Position numbers and translations under genes: made by a program. Under the pieces are notes generated by a model that had not been told where the DNA came from, did no database searches, and saw nothing but the letters and a program-made list of their open reading frames with translations. Below are positions 1-12,961 of a stretch of DNA of 64,000 nt, in pieces. Origin of the DNA: Eledone cirrhosa (lineage: Eukaryota); the NCBI GenBank assembly GCA_964016885.1, contig OZ024743.1, positions 250,790,001 through 250,854,000 on the forward strand. The letters run 5' to 3'. The first letter of the stretch is position 1; each line of letters starts with the position of its first letter.

Positions 1-3000
1 CCACGCTAGCGTGGGTTAGACGGGTTGTCCTGTTGTAGGCAGTGTCTGGTTGGCTGACCATGCCTTGCTCATACAGGAACTGATTTGGCTTGATTTCTTC
101 AGCTGGATGCCCTTCCTAACACCAAACTTATTTACAGTGAGTGCTGGGTGCTTTTTCGTGGCGCCTACACGTCCACTTTACAGTGTGGGCTGGGTGCTTT
201 TTTGTCGTGGCACCTCCATGACCACCTTGCGGTGGGGGGTGTGGGGCATATTGTCTATATGCTTCAGCTTGTACCCATGGGAGGTCGGGTACTCTGTATT
301 ACTGCGTGACGCCAGAAGTCACGGTCGTGTGTCATTGTCTTTGAGAGGTGTAATTGGGTAAGGTCGGCTTTTATCACCTTATCCCAGGTCATCTTGGGTC
401 TCCCCACTCCGCGGTTTCCATCGACTTCTAGTGCTCTGCACCTTTTTATGCAACTGTTATCCTTCATACGCACCACATGTCCATACCAGCGCAACCGCCT
501 CTCCTGCACACACCATTTGATTCCTCTTATGTTCAGTCTCTCTCTCAATTCATTTATGCTTTGTCGTTCACGTATATTACTGTTACACATCCATCGGAGC
601 ATGCAGGCTTCGTTTCTCTCTAATCTCCGTAAGTCTTCCACCTTCAGCGCCCAGGTCTCACTACCATGCAACATCGCTGTTCGGATACACGCATCATACA
701 GTCTGCCTTTCATTCTGAGGGAGAAGCCTTTTGCAGCTAGCAGTGGTAGTAGTTCCCCAAACTTCTTCCATCCCGTTCTTACCCTAGTTATTGTACTTTC
801 TGAACACCCACCACCGCTGCTAATTCGGTCACCTAGGTAGCAGAAGCTGTCTACTGTTTCTACAGGGCCCTCCCAGAGATTGGTGGTACTTGTTTCTTGT
901 GGCTGTTTGCTGCTTGCTGTCTCAGCACAGCTGCTGCATGTGAATCCTACATTCTTAATTAAGCTTCCTAAGATCCCGCTACATCTCTTGTGTACCCATT
1001 GTTTGCATTTGGGGCAGAGAATGGAGTTCCTACCTACACCTTTCCTACATACTGAGCAAGGCCATTTCCCTGAGGGGATCTGGGTTCTGTTTTCTCGTCT
1101 ACTTGCAAGGACCTTAGTCTTTGTCATGTTGACTTTGAGACCCTTTCTTTCTAGTTCCTGCTTCCAAGTTTGGATATTATTCTCTAGTTCTACCATAGAT
1201 TCAGCTATGAGTGTGAGGTCATCAGCATACAGGAGTTCCCATGGACATCCGGTCTTAAACTCCTCCGTTATTGCCTGCAGGACTATGATGAACAGGAGCG
1301 GGCTAAGAACAGAGCCCTGGTGGACCCCAACCTGTACGCTAAATACCTCGCTATACTCATTGCTAATCCTAACTTTGCTGATTGCTCCCCTATACATGGC
1401 TTGTACCGCTTTCACAAGCCATTCATCTACTCCTAGTTTTCTAAGAGCCCACCAGATTACAGCACGTGGAACTCTGTCAAAGGCTTTCTCAAGGTCGACA
1501 AATGCCAAGTAGAGTGGCTTACTTTTAGCTAGGTACTTTTCCTGTAATTGCCTCACAAGGAAGAGGGCATCAGTGGTGTCTTTTCCTGGTAAAAACCCCA
1601 ATTGCATCTCGTCTATTTTCACCGGTTCCTAATCAGCTGTGCTATAACTCTTTCTGTTACTTTCATGACCTGGTCCATCAACTTTATACCTCTATAGTTT
1701 CCTCTATCTAGTGCATCGCCTTTACCTTTGTAGCAGTTGACAATGATGCTACTGCACCAATCTTTTGGTATGGCACCTTCTAGTATTACCTGGTTAACGA
1801 TACGTGTGGTTATAGTGTGACCTACAGACCCAGATGCGTTCAGCATCTCGGCAGCTATACCCGATGGACCGGTTGCCTTCCCCATCTTCATATCTTTGAT
1901 TGCCTTACTTATTACGCTGCTGCTGACTTGTACTGCTGGTCCCTCTATAGGGTCTACTTGGGGTAGGGTCTCTTCTTCCCATGCATTCTCCTCATTTCGT
2001 AATCTATCATAATGACTCTTCCATGCATCTTTCTTCTCAGCACTTGTGAGGGCAAGCTCACCTTTATCATTCCAGATACACTTCTCTCCAATGACATCAC
2101 AACTATCTCTGACACACTGCCTCGCAATCTTGAATACCTCCTGTTTCTGGTCCTCACGTTGCAAAACATGCTTGAATTTTCTATCCTCTGCTTCCCTCCT
2201 AGCTAAGTATACTTGTCGCCTAGCTTCCCTCTTGGTCTCTATGTAATGTACCCTGCTCCCCCCGTTCTTCCATTCTTTCCATGCCTGTCTCTTGGCCTTA
2301 ACTGCTTCATCTACCTTATTGTTCCACCACCAAGTCACTCTCCTCCTGCTTGAGGTCTTACTCCAGCCACAGACCTCATCCGTTGCCTCTAGTAAATTAT
2401 TTTTTAGGAACTCCCAGTTCTCTTCTACATTAAATGTCTTTATCTGTTCTTCTTTACTGTCGTAGGCGTTGAGTAAAATATCTTTAAATCTGTTACTGGT
2501 TGAGGGGACTTTCAGCTTCCAGATCTTTCTTCTCCAGGTTGGTCTCTGTTTCCGCGTTCGTATAGTTCTGACCATGAGGCCGCTGACAACTAAGCTATGT
2601 TGGGATGTACATTCCTCACTAGGGAAGGCTTTTGTGTTTATGACCGTCCATCTGTCACGTCCTCTGATGAGGATAAAATCTAACTGACTAGAGTGCTCCC
2701 CTGATCTATAGGTGATCAGGTGGTTGTTGGGTTTTTTAAAGTTTGTGTTACATATCGACATGCCATTGGCGTCGCAGAATTCTAGAAGTCTGAATCCTTC
2801 CTCATTCCTTGTGCCAACACCATGGCCTCCATGTACTCTATTGAAGCCGTCGCAGTGTTTACCTACGCGTCCGTTAAAATCTCCTGCGATGATTAGGAAG
2901 TCATAGTCGTCTGTTAGAGCAGTAGTGTGCATTAGGGACTCGTAAAACCTATCATTAAGTTCGTCCGACAGCCCCGATTGGTGTGCGTAAGCTGATATTA

Positions 3001-3365
3001 TTGTGGTAATTGTTTTATTCAGGACTAGTCTGAGTTTAATGATTCTTGCATTTACCCTGTACACTGAGATTACTTTATCTACCCACTTGTCAGCTAGTAG
3101 TATACCTACACCACCCATCCCATCGTCATTTCCCACCCAGAAAAATTTGTAGCACCGACTTTTTCCTACGAGGACTCTGGCAGACTCTCCTCTCCATCTA
3201 GTCTCTTGCACACAGCATACATCAATTTCCTTTCGCTCTAGCATTTCTAGCATTTCTCCTGCTCTTCCTTTCACTGAGCCGACATTGATGGTACCAACTC
3301 AGAGTTTTGGGCATTTGTCGACACTTGTAGGGAAGGGTCTCTGGGTTGGCGCTTGACATGGGTGC
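1..3365 (-). mobile_element. RTE-clade LINE, near full-length coding region plus 3' UTR, one frameshift
   Basis: ORFs 1619-3274 (APE endonuclease: VCCVQETRW, AGDFNG, QLDFIL, SQHSLVV) and 264-1622 (RT: FVDLEKAFD, GVHQGSVLSP, LLYADD). Bases 1-260 are 3' UTR shared with other copies and with SINE tails. Confidence 0.93.
264..3300 (-). pseudogene. RTE APE-RT polyprotein broken by a 1-nt frameshift near 1620
   Basis: RNR-TGA / KIDEMQ junction aligns to RERIDLDEMQ in the 19285-21900 copy. Confidence 0.9.
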
Positions 3366-3599
3366 TTGGTAGCTCGCAGATTCATACTTCATCTATTGAT
3401 TCAGAGTTGCTCAAATTTATTCTCAGCTCATCCATCCACTCACTTTCTGTTTCTTTATATTTTGTTTGCTGTACATATTTATATTTCTGAGATATATATT
3501 TATATATATATTTATACATATTTATATATATATTTATATATATATTTATATATATATTTATATATATTTATATATATATATATTTATATATTTATATTT

Positions 3600-3911
3600 C
3601 ATCATCATCATCATTTAACGTCCACTTTTTCCCTGCTTGCAAGGGTGGGACGGGAACTGATTCTGGCTTGATTTCTACAGCTGGATGCCCTTCCTAACAC
3701 CAACCTCATTTACAGGCACCTCCACGACCACTTTGCAGTGGAATGATATGGACCCCAGTCCCTATCATCTCATTTCTACAGCTGAGTAAACTGGAGCAAT
3801 GTGAAATAAAGTGTCTTGCTCAAGGAAACAACACATCACCCGGTCTGAGAATTGAACTCACAACCTTTCGATTGCAAGGCCAATGCTCTAACCACTAAGC
3901 CATGTGCCTCC
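3600..3911 (-). mobile_element. tRNA-derived CORE-like SINE with RTE-derived 3' tail (internal deletion)
   Basis: Reverse-complement match to 16793-17170: A box TGGCTTAGTGG, B box GAGTTCAATTC, CORE-like CCTTGAGCAAGACACTT..CAGCTGTAGAAATGAG, (ATG)n tail. Confidence 0.85.
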
Positions 3912-4057
3912 ATTGCCTCCGTGGTATTTTTTTCGTGGTTATAAGAGGCTTAGCTCTGTTTCTCGACCGTTATATCGCGTGACTATCTCCCCCTCCGCCT
4001 TTTGGGATTCTTTCTCACGTCGTGTAGACGCGTTCTTGAGACTAGTAAAATGAGGTA

Positions 4058-4145
4058 TCCTCTTGATAAGTCGGCAGACCTCGCAAGGACTCTATATCTT
4101 TGATATATTGTTTTTGTTTATGCCACGAAACTACGTAGTCGAGGA
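4058..4145 (+). ncRNA. Type I hammerhead ribozyme, U3-A8 core variant (unit 1)
   Basis: Stem I TCCTC/GAGGA; core TTGATAA; stem II GTCGGCAGAC/GTTTATGCCAC; GAAA; palindromic stem III ACTACGTAGT; GTC cleavage triplet (cut after 4140). Confidence 0.8.
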
Positions 4146-4648
4146 ATTTAGGAACAGTTTAGGTATGATACATTTTATTACTAATTATATCTAAATGTTT
4201 CTTCTCTCTTCATAATGTATTTTTAACTCTGATACTGGTTCAGTCTGGTTCAAACTGAATTGGTCTGTCCCAGTCATTCATTGAGCAGCATCGGTGAAGT
4301 TGGCACCCTTAACTCACAGTTGGGTGCGGATGCATTCATGTATATATGTGTGTGTCCGCATGTATCTGTGTGTTTCTAAATGTATTAATAACTCCCTCTG
4401 GTCGAGCAATCTTTGAAGTGTGGGGACAACTGGAAAGCTTCCATTACTCATACTTCTCGCCTTCTTCACTACCTCTTCTACGGCCTCGATATGAATACCC
4501 CCTCCGCCTCCGTGGTATTTTTTTCGTGGTTATAAGAGGCTTAGCTCTGTTTCTCGACCGTTATATCGCGTGACTATCTCCCCCTCCGCCTTTTGGGATT
4601 CTTTCTCACGTCGTGTAGACGCGTTCTTGAGACTAGTAAAATGAGGTA

Positions 4649-4736
4649 TCCTCTTGATAAGTCGGCAGACCTCGCAAGGACTCTATATCTTTGATATATT
4701 GTTTTTGTTTATGCCACGAAACTACGTAGTCGAGGA
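4649..4736 (+). ncRNA. Type I hammerhead ribozyme, U3-A8 variant (unit 2)
   Basis: Identical to 4058-4145, offset 591. Confidence 0.8.
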
Positions 4737-5239
4737 ATTTAGGAACAGTTTAGGTATGATACATTTTATTACTAATTATATCTAAATGTTTCTTCTCTCT
4801 TCATAATGTATTTTTAACTCTGATACTGGTTCAGTCTGGTTCAAACTGAATTGGTCTGTCCCAGTCATTCATTGAGCAACATCGGTGAAGTTGGCACCCT
4901 TAACTCACAGTTGGGTGCGGATGCATTCATGTATATATGTGTGTGTCCGCATGTATCTGTGTGTTTCTAAATGTATTAATAACTCCCTCTGGTCGAGCAA
5001 TCTTTGAAGTGTGGGGACAACTGGAAAGCTTCCATTACTCATACTTCTCGCCTTCTTCACTACCTCTTCTACGGCCTCGATATGAATACCCCCTCCGCCT
5101 CCGTGGTATTTTTTTCGTGGTTATAAGAGGCTTAGCTCTGTTTCTCGACCGTTATATCGCGTGACTATCTCCCCCTCCGCCTTTTGGGATTCTTTCTCAC
5201 GTCGTGTAGACGCGTTCTTGAGACTAGTAAAATGAGGTA

Positions 5240-5327
5240 TCCTCTTGATAAGTCGGCAGACCTCGCAAGGACTCTATATCTTTGATATATTGTTTTTGTT
5301 TATGCCACGAAACTACGTAGTCGAGGA
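5240..5327 (+). ncRNA. Type I hammerhead ribozyme, U3-A8 variant (unit 3)
   Basis: Identical to 4058-4145, offset 1182. Confidence 0.8.
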
Positions 5328-5564
5328 ATTTAGGAACAGTTTAGGTATGATACATTTTATTACTAATTATATCTAAATGTTTCTTCTCTCTTCATAATGT
5401 ATTTTTAACTCTGATACTGGTTCAGTCTGGTTCAAACTGAATTGGTCTGTCCCAGTCATTCATTGAGCAACATCGGTGAAGTTGGCACCCTTAACTCACA
5501 GTTGGGTGCGGATGCATTCATGTATATATGTGTGTGTCCGCATGTATCTGTGTGTTTCTAAATG

Positions 5565-6000
<436 letters not shown>

Positions 6001-6275
6001 ATCGGTGTATATATTTGATTGATTGCAGTAAAGCAAGTGTTGTCATGATGTTCATATTTTGTTAATATACTGGTTGTCAAGAATTAATCTTCAATCAATG
6101 TTTTTTATTCACACACACATGTTACATATATATATATATATATACATACATTCACACGTACCTGCAATGTCTATATAAATAAATGTGGGTGCGTGTATTT
6201 ATATATAGCAATGAGAAATGTAGCAAAGTGTGATGCTGCAAAGTTGTTAACATGCAATCGCTACATATATAAATG

Positions 6276-6332
<57 letters not shown>

Positions 6333-7092
6333 ATAAACATTCAATACCCCCATATACAGATGTGTGTGTGTATATATATGTGTGTGGGTGTATTAGTTAT
6401 ATTTCATCACTCTCTAAAAATCCTTAGCTCAATAAACAACAGACTGTAATGCCTGACTATAGTTTATTAATTGGGTAAATCAGTACATCCCTCCACTCAC
6501 TTTCTCATATTCTGTTTCTTTATATTTTGTTTGCTGTACATATTTATATTTCTGAGATAATATTGAACTGGTTTTAGGGTTCACTGCATCGACCCCCTAT
6601 GAAAATGCAGTAAGACTAATGATGAAGATTATTAAAATGAATGTATGTGTTAATCTATATTATAATAGCAATGCAGCCTTTTCGTCTGTATGACATGCAA
6701 ACACTATACTCTGTCAAAAACGTTCTATAAATTTTTTATTGAGAAATCATGGAACTCAAATGTAAGATAACAGAAATGGGGGAGGGGAACAAATGTTCTA
6801 AAACTTCCCTTGTCAACTATGTTGTCTGTCTTATTTTATTTCTCCCTCTATCAATCAATTTATTGGAGGCATTTATCATAGTACTAGCTGTACCACTTTA
6901 CAGAGTGTACTTTGTGCTTTTTACTATGACACCAGCAATAGCACATTACTGAGTGTATTTAGAGCTTTTTATCATCAGGTTGTCATAAGATATTAACCAC
7001 CAACCTCCCTGAGAGGTCAGTAGCCTTGCTTAAGTACCCCCTCATTCTGTGACTACCTATTCAACTCTTGCTAGCAAGGAAAATGAATTAAA

Positions 7093-7285
7093 TAATAATT
7101 GTTTCTACTTTTGACACAAGGCCAGTAATTACCCAGTAAATTACTGGTACTTTATTTTATCGACCCCATAAGGATGAAAGCAAAGTTAATCTCTGCGGGA
7201 TTTGAACTCAGAATGGCAAGGGCCGTAACTTTATACGTCAAAGCATGGCGTCCAACCCTCTACCGATACTGCCAATCCACCGCCC
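7093..7285 (-). mobile_element. tRNA-derived SINE, family 2 (Meta/MESC-like central domain, (ATT)n tail)
   Basis: Minus strand reads TGGCAGTATCGG (A box), GAGTTCAAATC (B box), GCTTTCATCCTTATGGGGTCGATAAAAT. Homologous to 39012-39590 and 41612-41800. Confidence 0.75.
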
Positions 7286-7484
7286 TGAATTAAATAATGA
7301 TTTCTACTATAGGCACAAGGAAAGGTCGATTAAATTGACCCCAGTGCAATACTGCCAGATGATGAAAAATATATATATAAATATATATATAGTGGGTGGA
7401 TTCCTCGTGATTTCATACAAATGAAACAGTTCTAGATTGCAGAAGTCATTTCTATTTAATATATATATATATCGTTATCATCAT

Positions 7485-8110
7485 CATGGAAGGATACATA
7501 GAAGTGGTTGATAGCTTCTGCTTCCTATGTGACCTATAGCAGTGGAAGAGACTATAATAGCTATAATAAGGATAGGATGGAAGAAGTTTAGAGAACTGCT
7601 CCCACTGCTGACAAAAAGTTTCTCCCTACATACAAAAGGAAGGTTGTATGATAGCTGCGTGTGGTGCATAATGCTGCATGGTGGTGAAACATGGGCTGTG
7701 ACAACAGATGACATGCGTAGACTGGAGAGAAAAGTAACAACCATGTTTTTTTGAATGTGCAATGTAAATGTGAGAGAAAGGCAGAGCTTGGACAGGCTGA
7801 GGGAGAAGCTGGGCTTAAGGGGAATCCAAGATGGTGTGCAGGAGAAAAGACTGTGTTGGTATGGACATGTGATGCACATGGACAATGACTGATGCTTGAA
7901 GAAATGCCAGGAAATCCCAGTGGAGGGAAGCCACAATAGAGGATGACTGAGAAAGACTTGGGCAGAGGTTGTGAGAGCGGAACACAAATCACTAAAACTG
8001 ATAGAGTTGATGACAAAGGAATGCAACAAATGGAGAAATGCCATGCTGAGAAGGACATATCCAACCAATTCAAGCATGGAAAAGCAGATGTAAAAACAAT
8101 GATGATGATA
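7485..8110 (+). mobile_element. Decayed RTE LINE 3' fragment
   Basis: [31 protein letters not shown] matches the RTE C-terminus; stops and frameshifts present; (ATG)n tail. Confidence 0.85.
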
Positions 8111-8127
8111 TATATAAATGTATATGT

Positions 8128-8158
<31 letters not shown>

Positions 8159-8261
8159 GATACATATATATATATATATATATATAAAAATATATACATA
8201 TACATATATATGTGTACAAATAGATATATAAACAAATATATACATATACAAATATATACAA

Positions 8262-8294
<33 letters not shown>

Positions 8295-8500
8295 ACGAAG
8301 AAAGTGTGGTAAGGAATCAGGTGGATCATAACGCACCAAAGTACTCAATACTTAGTGGGTAATGGGAAAATGTTCAAGACCCGACTGCAGAGCTCAAGGC
8401 ATTTCGACGGCTATTTCTGGACTAAAAATTCAGAATTTTTAGTCCAGAAATAGCCGTTGAAACGGCTTGAGCTCTGCCGTCGGGGTCTTGAACATGTTCC
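8295..8500 (-). mobile_element. Short fold-back copy of the Naiad-like Penelope 3' end, in (TA)n
   Basis: Matches 45545-45692 in reverse complement; inverted arms at about 8365-8428 and 8434-8500. Confidence 0.85.
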
Positions 8501-8578
8501 TATATATATATATATATATATATAAAATAACTAAGTCATATGTAAAATTTGGCTTCGTTTATTATAAATTATAGATAT

Positions 8579-8633
8579 ACTGGTATATATATTTTGGTGA
8601 CAGCCATCATTGGCTGTGACCTCTTCAGGCAGT
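8579..8633 (-). ncRNA. Decayed type I hammerhead
   Basis: Minus strand: ACTGC CTGAAGA GGTCACAGCCA ATGA TGGCTGTCACC AAAA TATATA TA CCAGT (G12 to A). Confidence 0.6.
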
Positions 8634-9001
8634 CCGAATTGGTGTGGAAAAGACAGGGACACATGTTGTTGACGTGTATTTTACTCTGTCAATAAATCGA
8701 TATGTCCAGCTCCTGGTTGTGTTGTTATTCCTCTGAGGAACTGGAATCTGCATACTGAGGTGTCAGTAAACAACCAACATATACTCAAAATCTACACACA
8801 TGTATATATATATATTTTTTTCCTCCTTTCGTGGAACGTGGTTGTCTCCCCTTCCCGCTTAGTGGCGCTATAATACTTCCTCAGTCAGAAACTGCTGGAA
8901 TTTCAAATTTGCCGGTCATTCAATGCGGGAAGGAGCAACTTAACGGACACGATTTTTAACTGTGGTAAGATATGTTTTTCTTATATCAAAGTTTATTGGG
9001 C

Positions 9002-9126
9002 TTCCACTGATGATTTATAAGCGCCCACCTAAATATATTCTTACATGAATGTATATTAGGCTTCTACATAAACTGGAAATATTCTCCGAATTTGTAGAAA
9101 ACTTATAATGAAACAATTGTTTGGAA
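9002..9126 (+). ncRNA. Type I hammerhead with a large branched stem II
   Basis: TTCCA CTGATGA T-TTATAAG..CTTATAA-T GAAA CAATTG TT TGGAA; two internal hairpins inside the stem II loop. Confidence 0.75.
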
Positions 9127-9423
9127 AGAGAGATATATTTTAACTTTAATTATATCTCATAAAATAATACAACTGGCTTTCCCACATAATACATATTGTT
9201 AGCACCCCAAACACTTAAATTGGGTTTATATTAAAATATAACCTAATGTTTGTTGAGTGAGATGGTTACCAGTCAGAGATTAGCTTTAAACTATCTCTGT
9301 TATTGTATTAATATTTTTATATATATATATATATGTATATATATATAGTAATAATAAATGAGAAGACAAAAATCCGAAGAGGGCTCAATAAGGATTATAT
9401 ATGTATATAAACCCATAGAGCAA

Positions 9424-9574
9424 ATATTTATCATAAGAACAGATTAAAGTTTAAACAAAGAATCACTGCTTTCCCCCGTAACGGGATCTTCTGAAACTGA
9501 GTTTTAGAAAATCCCATTAAGGGTGAAAGCAGCGATTCTTTGCATAAACTTTAATCTGTTCTTATAATAAATAA
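9424..9574. repeat. Fold-back inverted repeat (about 70-bp arms) in a TA-flanked island
   Basis: ATAAGAACAGATTAAAGTTTA..TGCTTTC pairs with GAAAGCA..TAAACTTTAATCTGTTCTTAT. Confidence 0.85.
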
Positions 9575-9597
9575 ATAAACAAATATATATATATATT

Positions 9598-9775
9598 CCA
9601 GCACTCACTGTAAATGAGGTTGGTGTTAGGAAGGGCATCCAGCTGTAGAAATCAAGCCAGAATCAGTTCCTCTCTGAGCAAGACAAGGTCAGCTGGCCGG
9701 ACACTGCCCACAGCAGGACAACCCATCTAACCCATGCTAGCATGGAAGAACGGACGTAAAACGGTGATGATGATA
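9598..9775 (+). mobile_element. RTE 3' UTR / SINE tail fragment
   Basis: Reverse-complement match to bases 1-150; (ATG)n end. Confidence 0.75.
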
Positions 9776-11040
9776 ATATTGTTATACTTGGACAGGACAG
9801 GCTACCAATAAAAAGACACACACCTCTTAGTTTTCACTTCAATTTATTACAAATTTCCAGTTGGTTGGTTTAATAACTGGATAGTTGTTTATTTTTTGTC
9901 AAATTCTTTAATCACACATTATGTGACCCCCACAGTGTGTCTCTTCTTTGTTCTATGTTACACCATTTTATTTTTGTGTGTTGTGTGCTGTGTATTTGGG
10001 TTGCACATGCCTTATATTCAGGTTTGTTTGTGTTCTTTTCTACTTATCCATTTATATGTATATTTTATTTTTATTGGCTTATACATATGTATATATAAAC
10101 ACACACATATATATATACATATACATACACACACTTATATATTCATATATACATATATATATACATACACTGCATCCTTTAAAACCCTCATGCTTCCTGA
10201 AATTCGCCAAAACTACACCTGATGTCCCCCTTCCATACACATGCACACATGTGTATATCATGACTCATGCTCTGTTCATTTTCCTGACGTCTGTACATTA
10301 CCCTATGTAATATACATACACTTTTGATGAGTTGTAGTGCACCTGAGCACTACACAATATTTTCATTATTATATACATACATATATATATATACACCCAT
10401 ATATGTGGTGGCTGCCAACTCGTTTTCGAGTACGGCCACTACTTTATATCCATGTAGGAGAACCCCTACCGATGCGCTGAACGAGTGTGACTTTTTAGTC
10501 CAGCAAGCGACTTGAAAACTCTGGTACAAACACTACACTTGTGACAATTATTGACACATAGTGCTGGGCCCATGGTACCATGTAACGACAAGTGCAGAAA
10601 GATCTCCAGATATAAAGCAATGCCTGTGCCGTGAAGCTTTTATAGTGAGCAAAGGCACTGCACAAAGCCAGTCCCACTCTCTTAACCAAGATGATATTTA
10701 CCAAAAAGAAGAACAAGTCAACATCATTGGATACCATCAGGGTTGCAGGTGTTATATCAGAGTTTTCCTTCTCCTAGAATTCTGCCTTGACAAAGGCTAA
10801 GGGGTCATCTCTCCCGGTGATTTTGGATGGCCATTGACTCTTAAGAGCTCCTTTGCCCTTTGACAGGTTTTGTTTTTAGTCCTGCAGGATGTCCAAAGTC
10901 ACCCTCCTCACCAAGAAACCTTGGTAGGGTTGCCAGTTTAGTCGCCAACGACCCGACCATGGGACAGGTTGTACTGGGATACATGTTACCAGTAGCACCA
11001 ACTGGTGACCTGACACACCCATATATACATACATATATAC

Positions 11041-11490
11041 ATACAATGATATTAAATAAATGGAAACTATATTTAAAAAAACATATTTATTCTATTATAT
11101 ATATTTCAAGGGTACCAACATTTTGGTACGCTATCAACAGATAAAATACAAAATGTGTTTTATAAATTTTGACATAACCAAGGAGAATATACCTTAACAG
11201 TTCAAGTTATCCCTGGATAGTTAAGGCATATTATCCTGAACTGTTAAGGTATATTTGCCTTGGTTATGTCAACATTTATAAAACACACTTTGTATTTTAT
11301 CTGAAGATAGCGTACCAAAATGTTGGTACCCTTGAAATATATATAATAGAATAAATATGGTTTTATAAATATAGTTTCCATTTATTTAATATCATTGTAT
11401 ATTATACTCCAGAAAACTTGTTGAGTGCTCTGAATCAGTTATAAACATTTATATTTGTTGAATTACCAACAAATTGAATATCCCTTCTGC
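11041..11490 (+). mobile_element. Penelope-type inverted pseudo-LTR (about 170-bp arms, 11041-11210 / 11232-11400) with an unduplicated 3' tail
   Basis: Long inverted repeat; the right arm carries a hammerhead; flanked by TA/CA microsatellites. Confidence 0.7.
11295..11351 (+). ncRNA. Type I hammerhead
   Basis: TTTTAT CTGAAGA T-AGCGTACCAA AATG TTGGTACCCT-T GAAA TATATA TA ATAGAA. The copy in the inverted arm has the core mutated to CTGTTGA. Confidence 0.7.
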
Positions 11491-12784
11491 TTACATATAT
11501 ACATATATATATACCCATATATACATACATATATACACATATATATACCCATATATACACATATATATACCCATATATACATGCACACATATATATATAT
11601 AATGTGTGTGTATGTTTATATATGTGTGTTTATAAATGGTGTCTGCTATATTGCGGCTATAACTTTGATTTATACCTAATATATATATATATATATACAC
11701 CCATATATATACACACATATATACACCCATATATATACACACATATATATACACACATATATATACACCCATATATGTACTCACACACACACACACACAT
11801 ATATATTTATATATGCACACATACATATATACACACACACATATATATATACACACTCACACACCTATAAATATAATATGTGTGTGTATTTTTACTTTTG
11901 TTCGGCATGAGTGTATATATGTGTTTTTAAAATTTATGGTTTTACTGAACCAGTTAGACAATTTCATAATCTGATTATGTTGTTTAGTACACTTAACTTG
12001 ACTAGTAATTAACCTCCGTACATTGCTACACTGAAACCTTTATTGATCTCACAATTCTGCTTGTGTAATATTGTTCTACATGGCCAATAAATATCAATTC
12101 AAATTGTTTAGCATCGCTCAGTATTCAATATTTGGAGGTTTCTTCCAAAATGAAATATTTAATTTTGAAGTATTGTTATTTTTCGGTGAAAAAATAAAAT
12201 GAAAATATTTTTCTTTCAACTAGATATTTTAAAATATTATATACACAGAGAGAGAGATACATAGATAGATAGATGGATAGATAGTTGGGTGGATGGATAT
12301 GAAGGATGGTGAGTTGTTTGAATGTTAAAAATAGAATGCCTTGCAGTATTTGTTCAGTGCCTTTGTTCTGACTTCAAATCCAGTTAAGGCCAGCTTTGAC
12401 TTTCATACTTTTGCTGTTGAAAAAAAAAAAAAAAGGTGCCAGTCAAATATGCTTTTCAGGTCTGGAAATGGGATGTTGTCTATCATGTTTAAATCACCTG
12501 AGACATTCTGTATGTCACTACAGCACTACTATGACTCCATAAAAAATTACAGGTTCACACATGTACATACACACACATATACATATGTGTATATGTATAT
12601 ATATATATACATATATATATATGTATTTATATATTTATATAAGGTTTTTCTGCCATGCAGTTAATATTTTGTCATATGGTAAAATCTAAACCGTAGGGCA
12701 GAAAACTCATAATATTTACTCTACTTTTATTAAAGAGAGAATACTAGGATGAATAATGGTCTTAACCAGTACATTCTACCTATC

Positions 12785-12839
<55 letters not shown>

Positions 12840-12930
12840 CATACATAGAGAAAGAGAGAGACATATCATCATCATTTTTACATCTGCTTTTCCATATTTG
12901 TATGGGCAGAACAAGTTTCACCCCACATAT

Positions 12931-12961
<31 letters not shown>

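Noticed and set aside
394-1512. Long antisense ORFs over LINE and LTR coding regions
   Set aside because: Shadow frames of the real RT ORFs on the opposite strand.
4346-4573. Repeated 75-aa ORF in the 591-bp unit (also 4937-5164)
   Set aside because: Starts in a TG-repeat stretch and has no recognisable motif; the identity only reflects the tandem repeat.
8729-8772. CTGAGGA..CAGTAAAC hammerhead-like string
   Set aside because: No stem I, stem III or UH site.
10324-10362. Hammerhead-like TTGATGA plus a 9-bp hairpin
   Set aside because: GAAA, stem III and stem I are not recoverable; at best a very decayed relic.
10400-11015. Island resembling an RTE 5' UTR with a possible HDV-like ribozyme
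   Set aside because: The nested double pseudoknot could not be built by eye; identity is uncertain.
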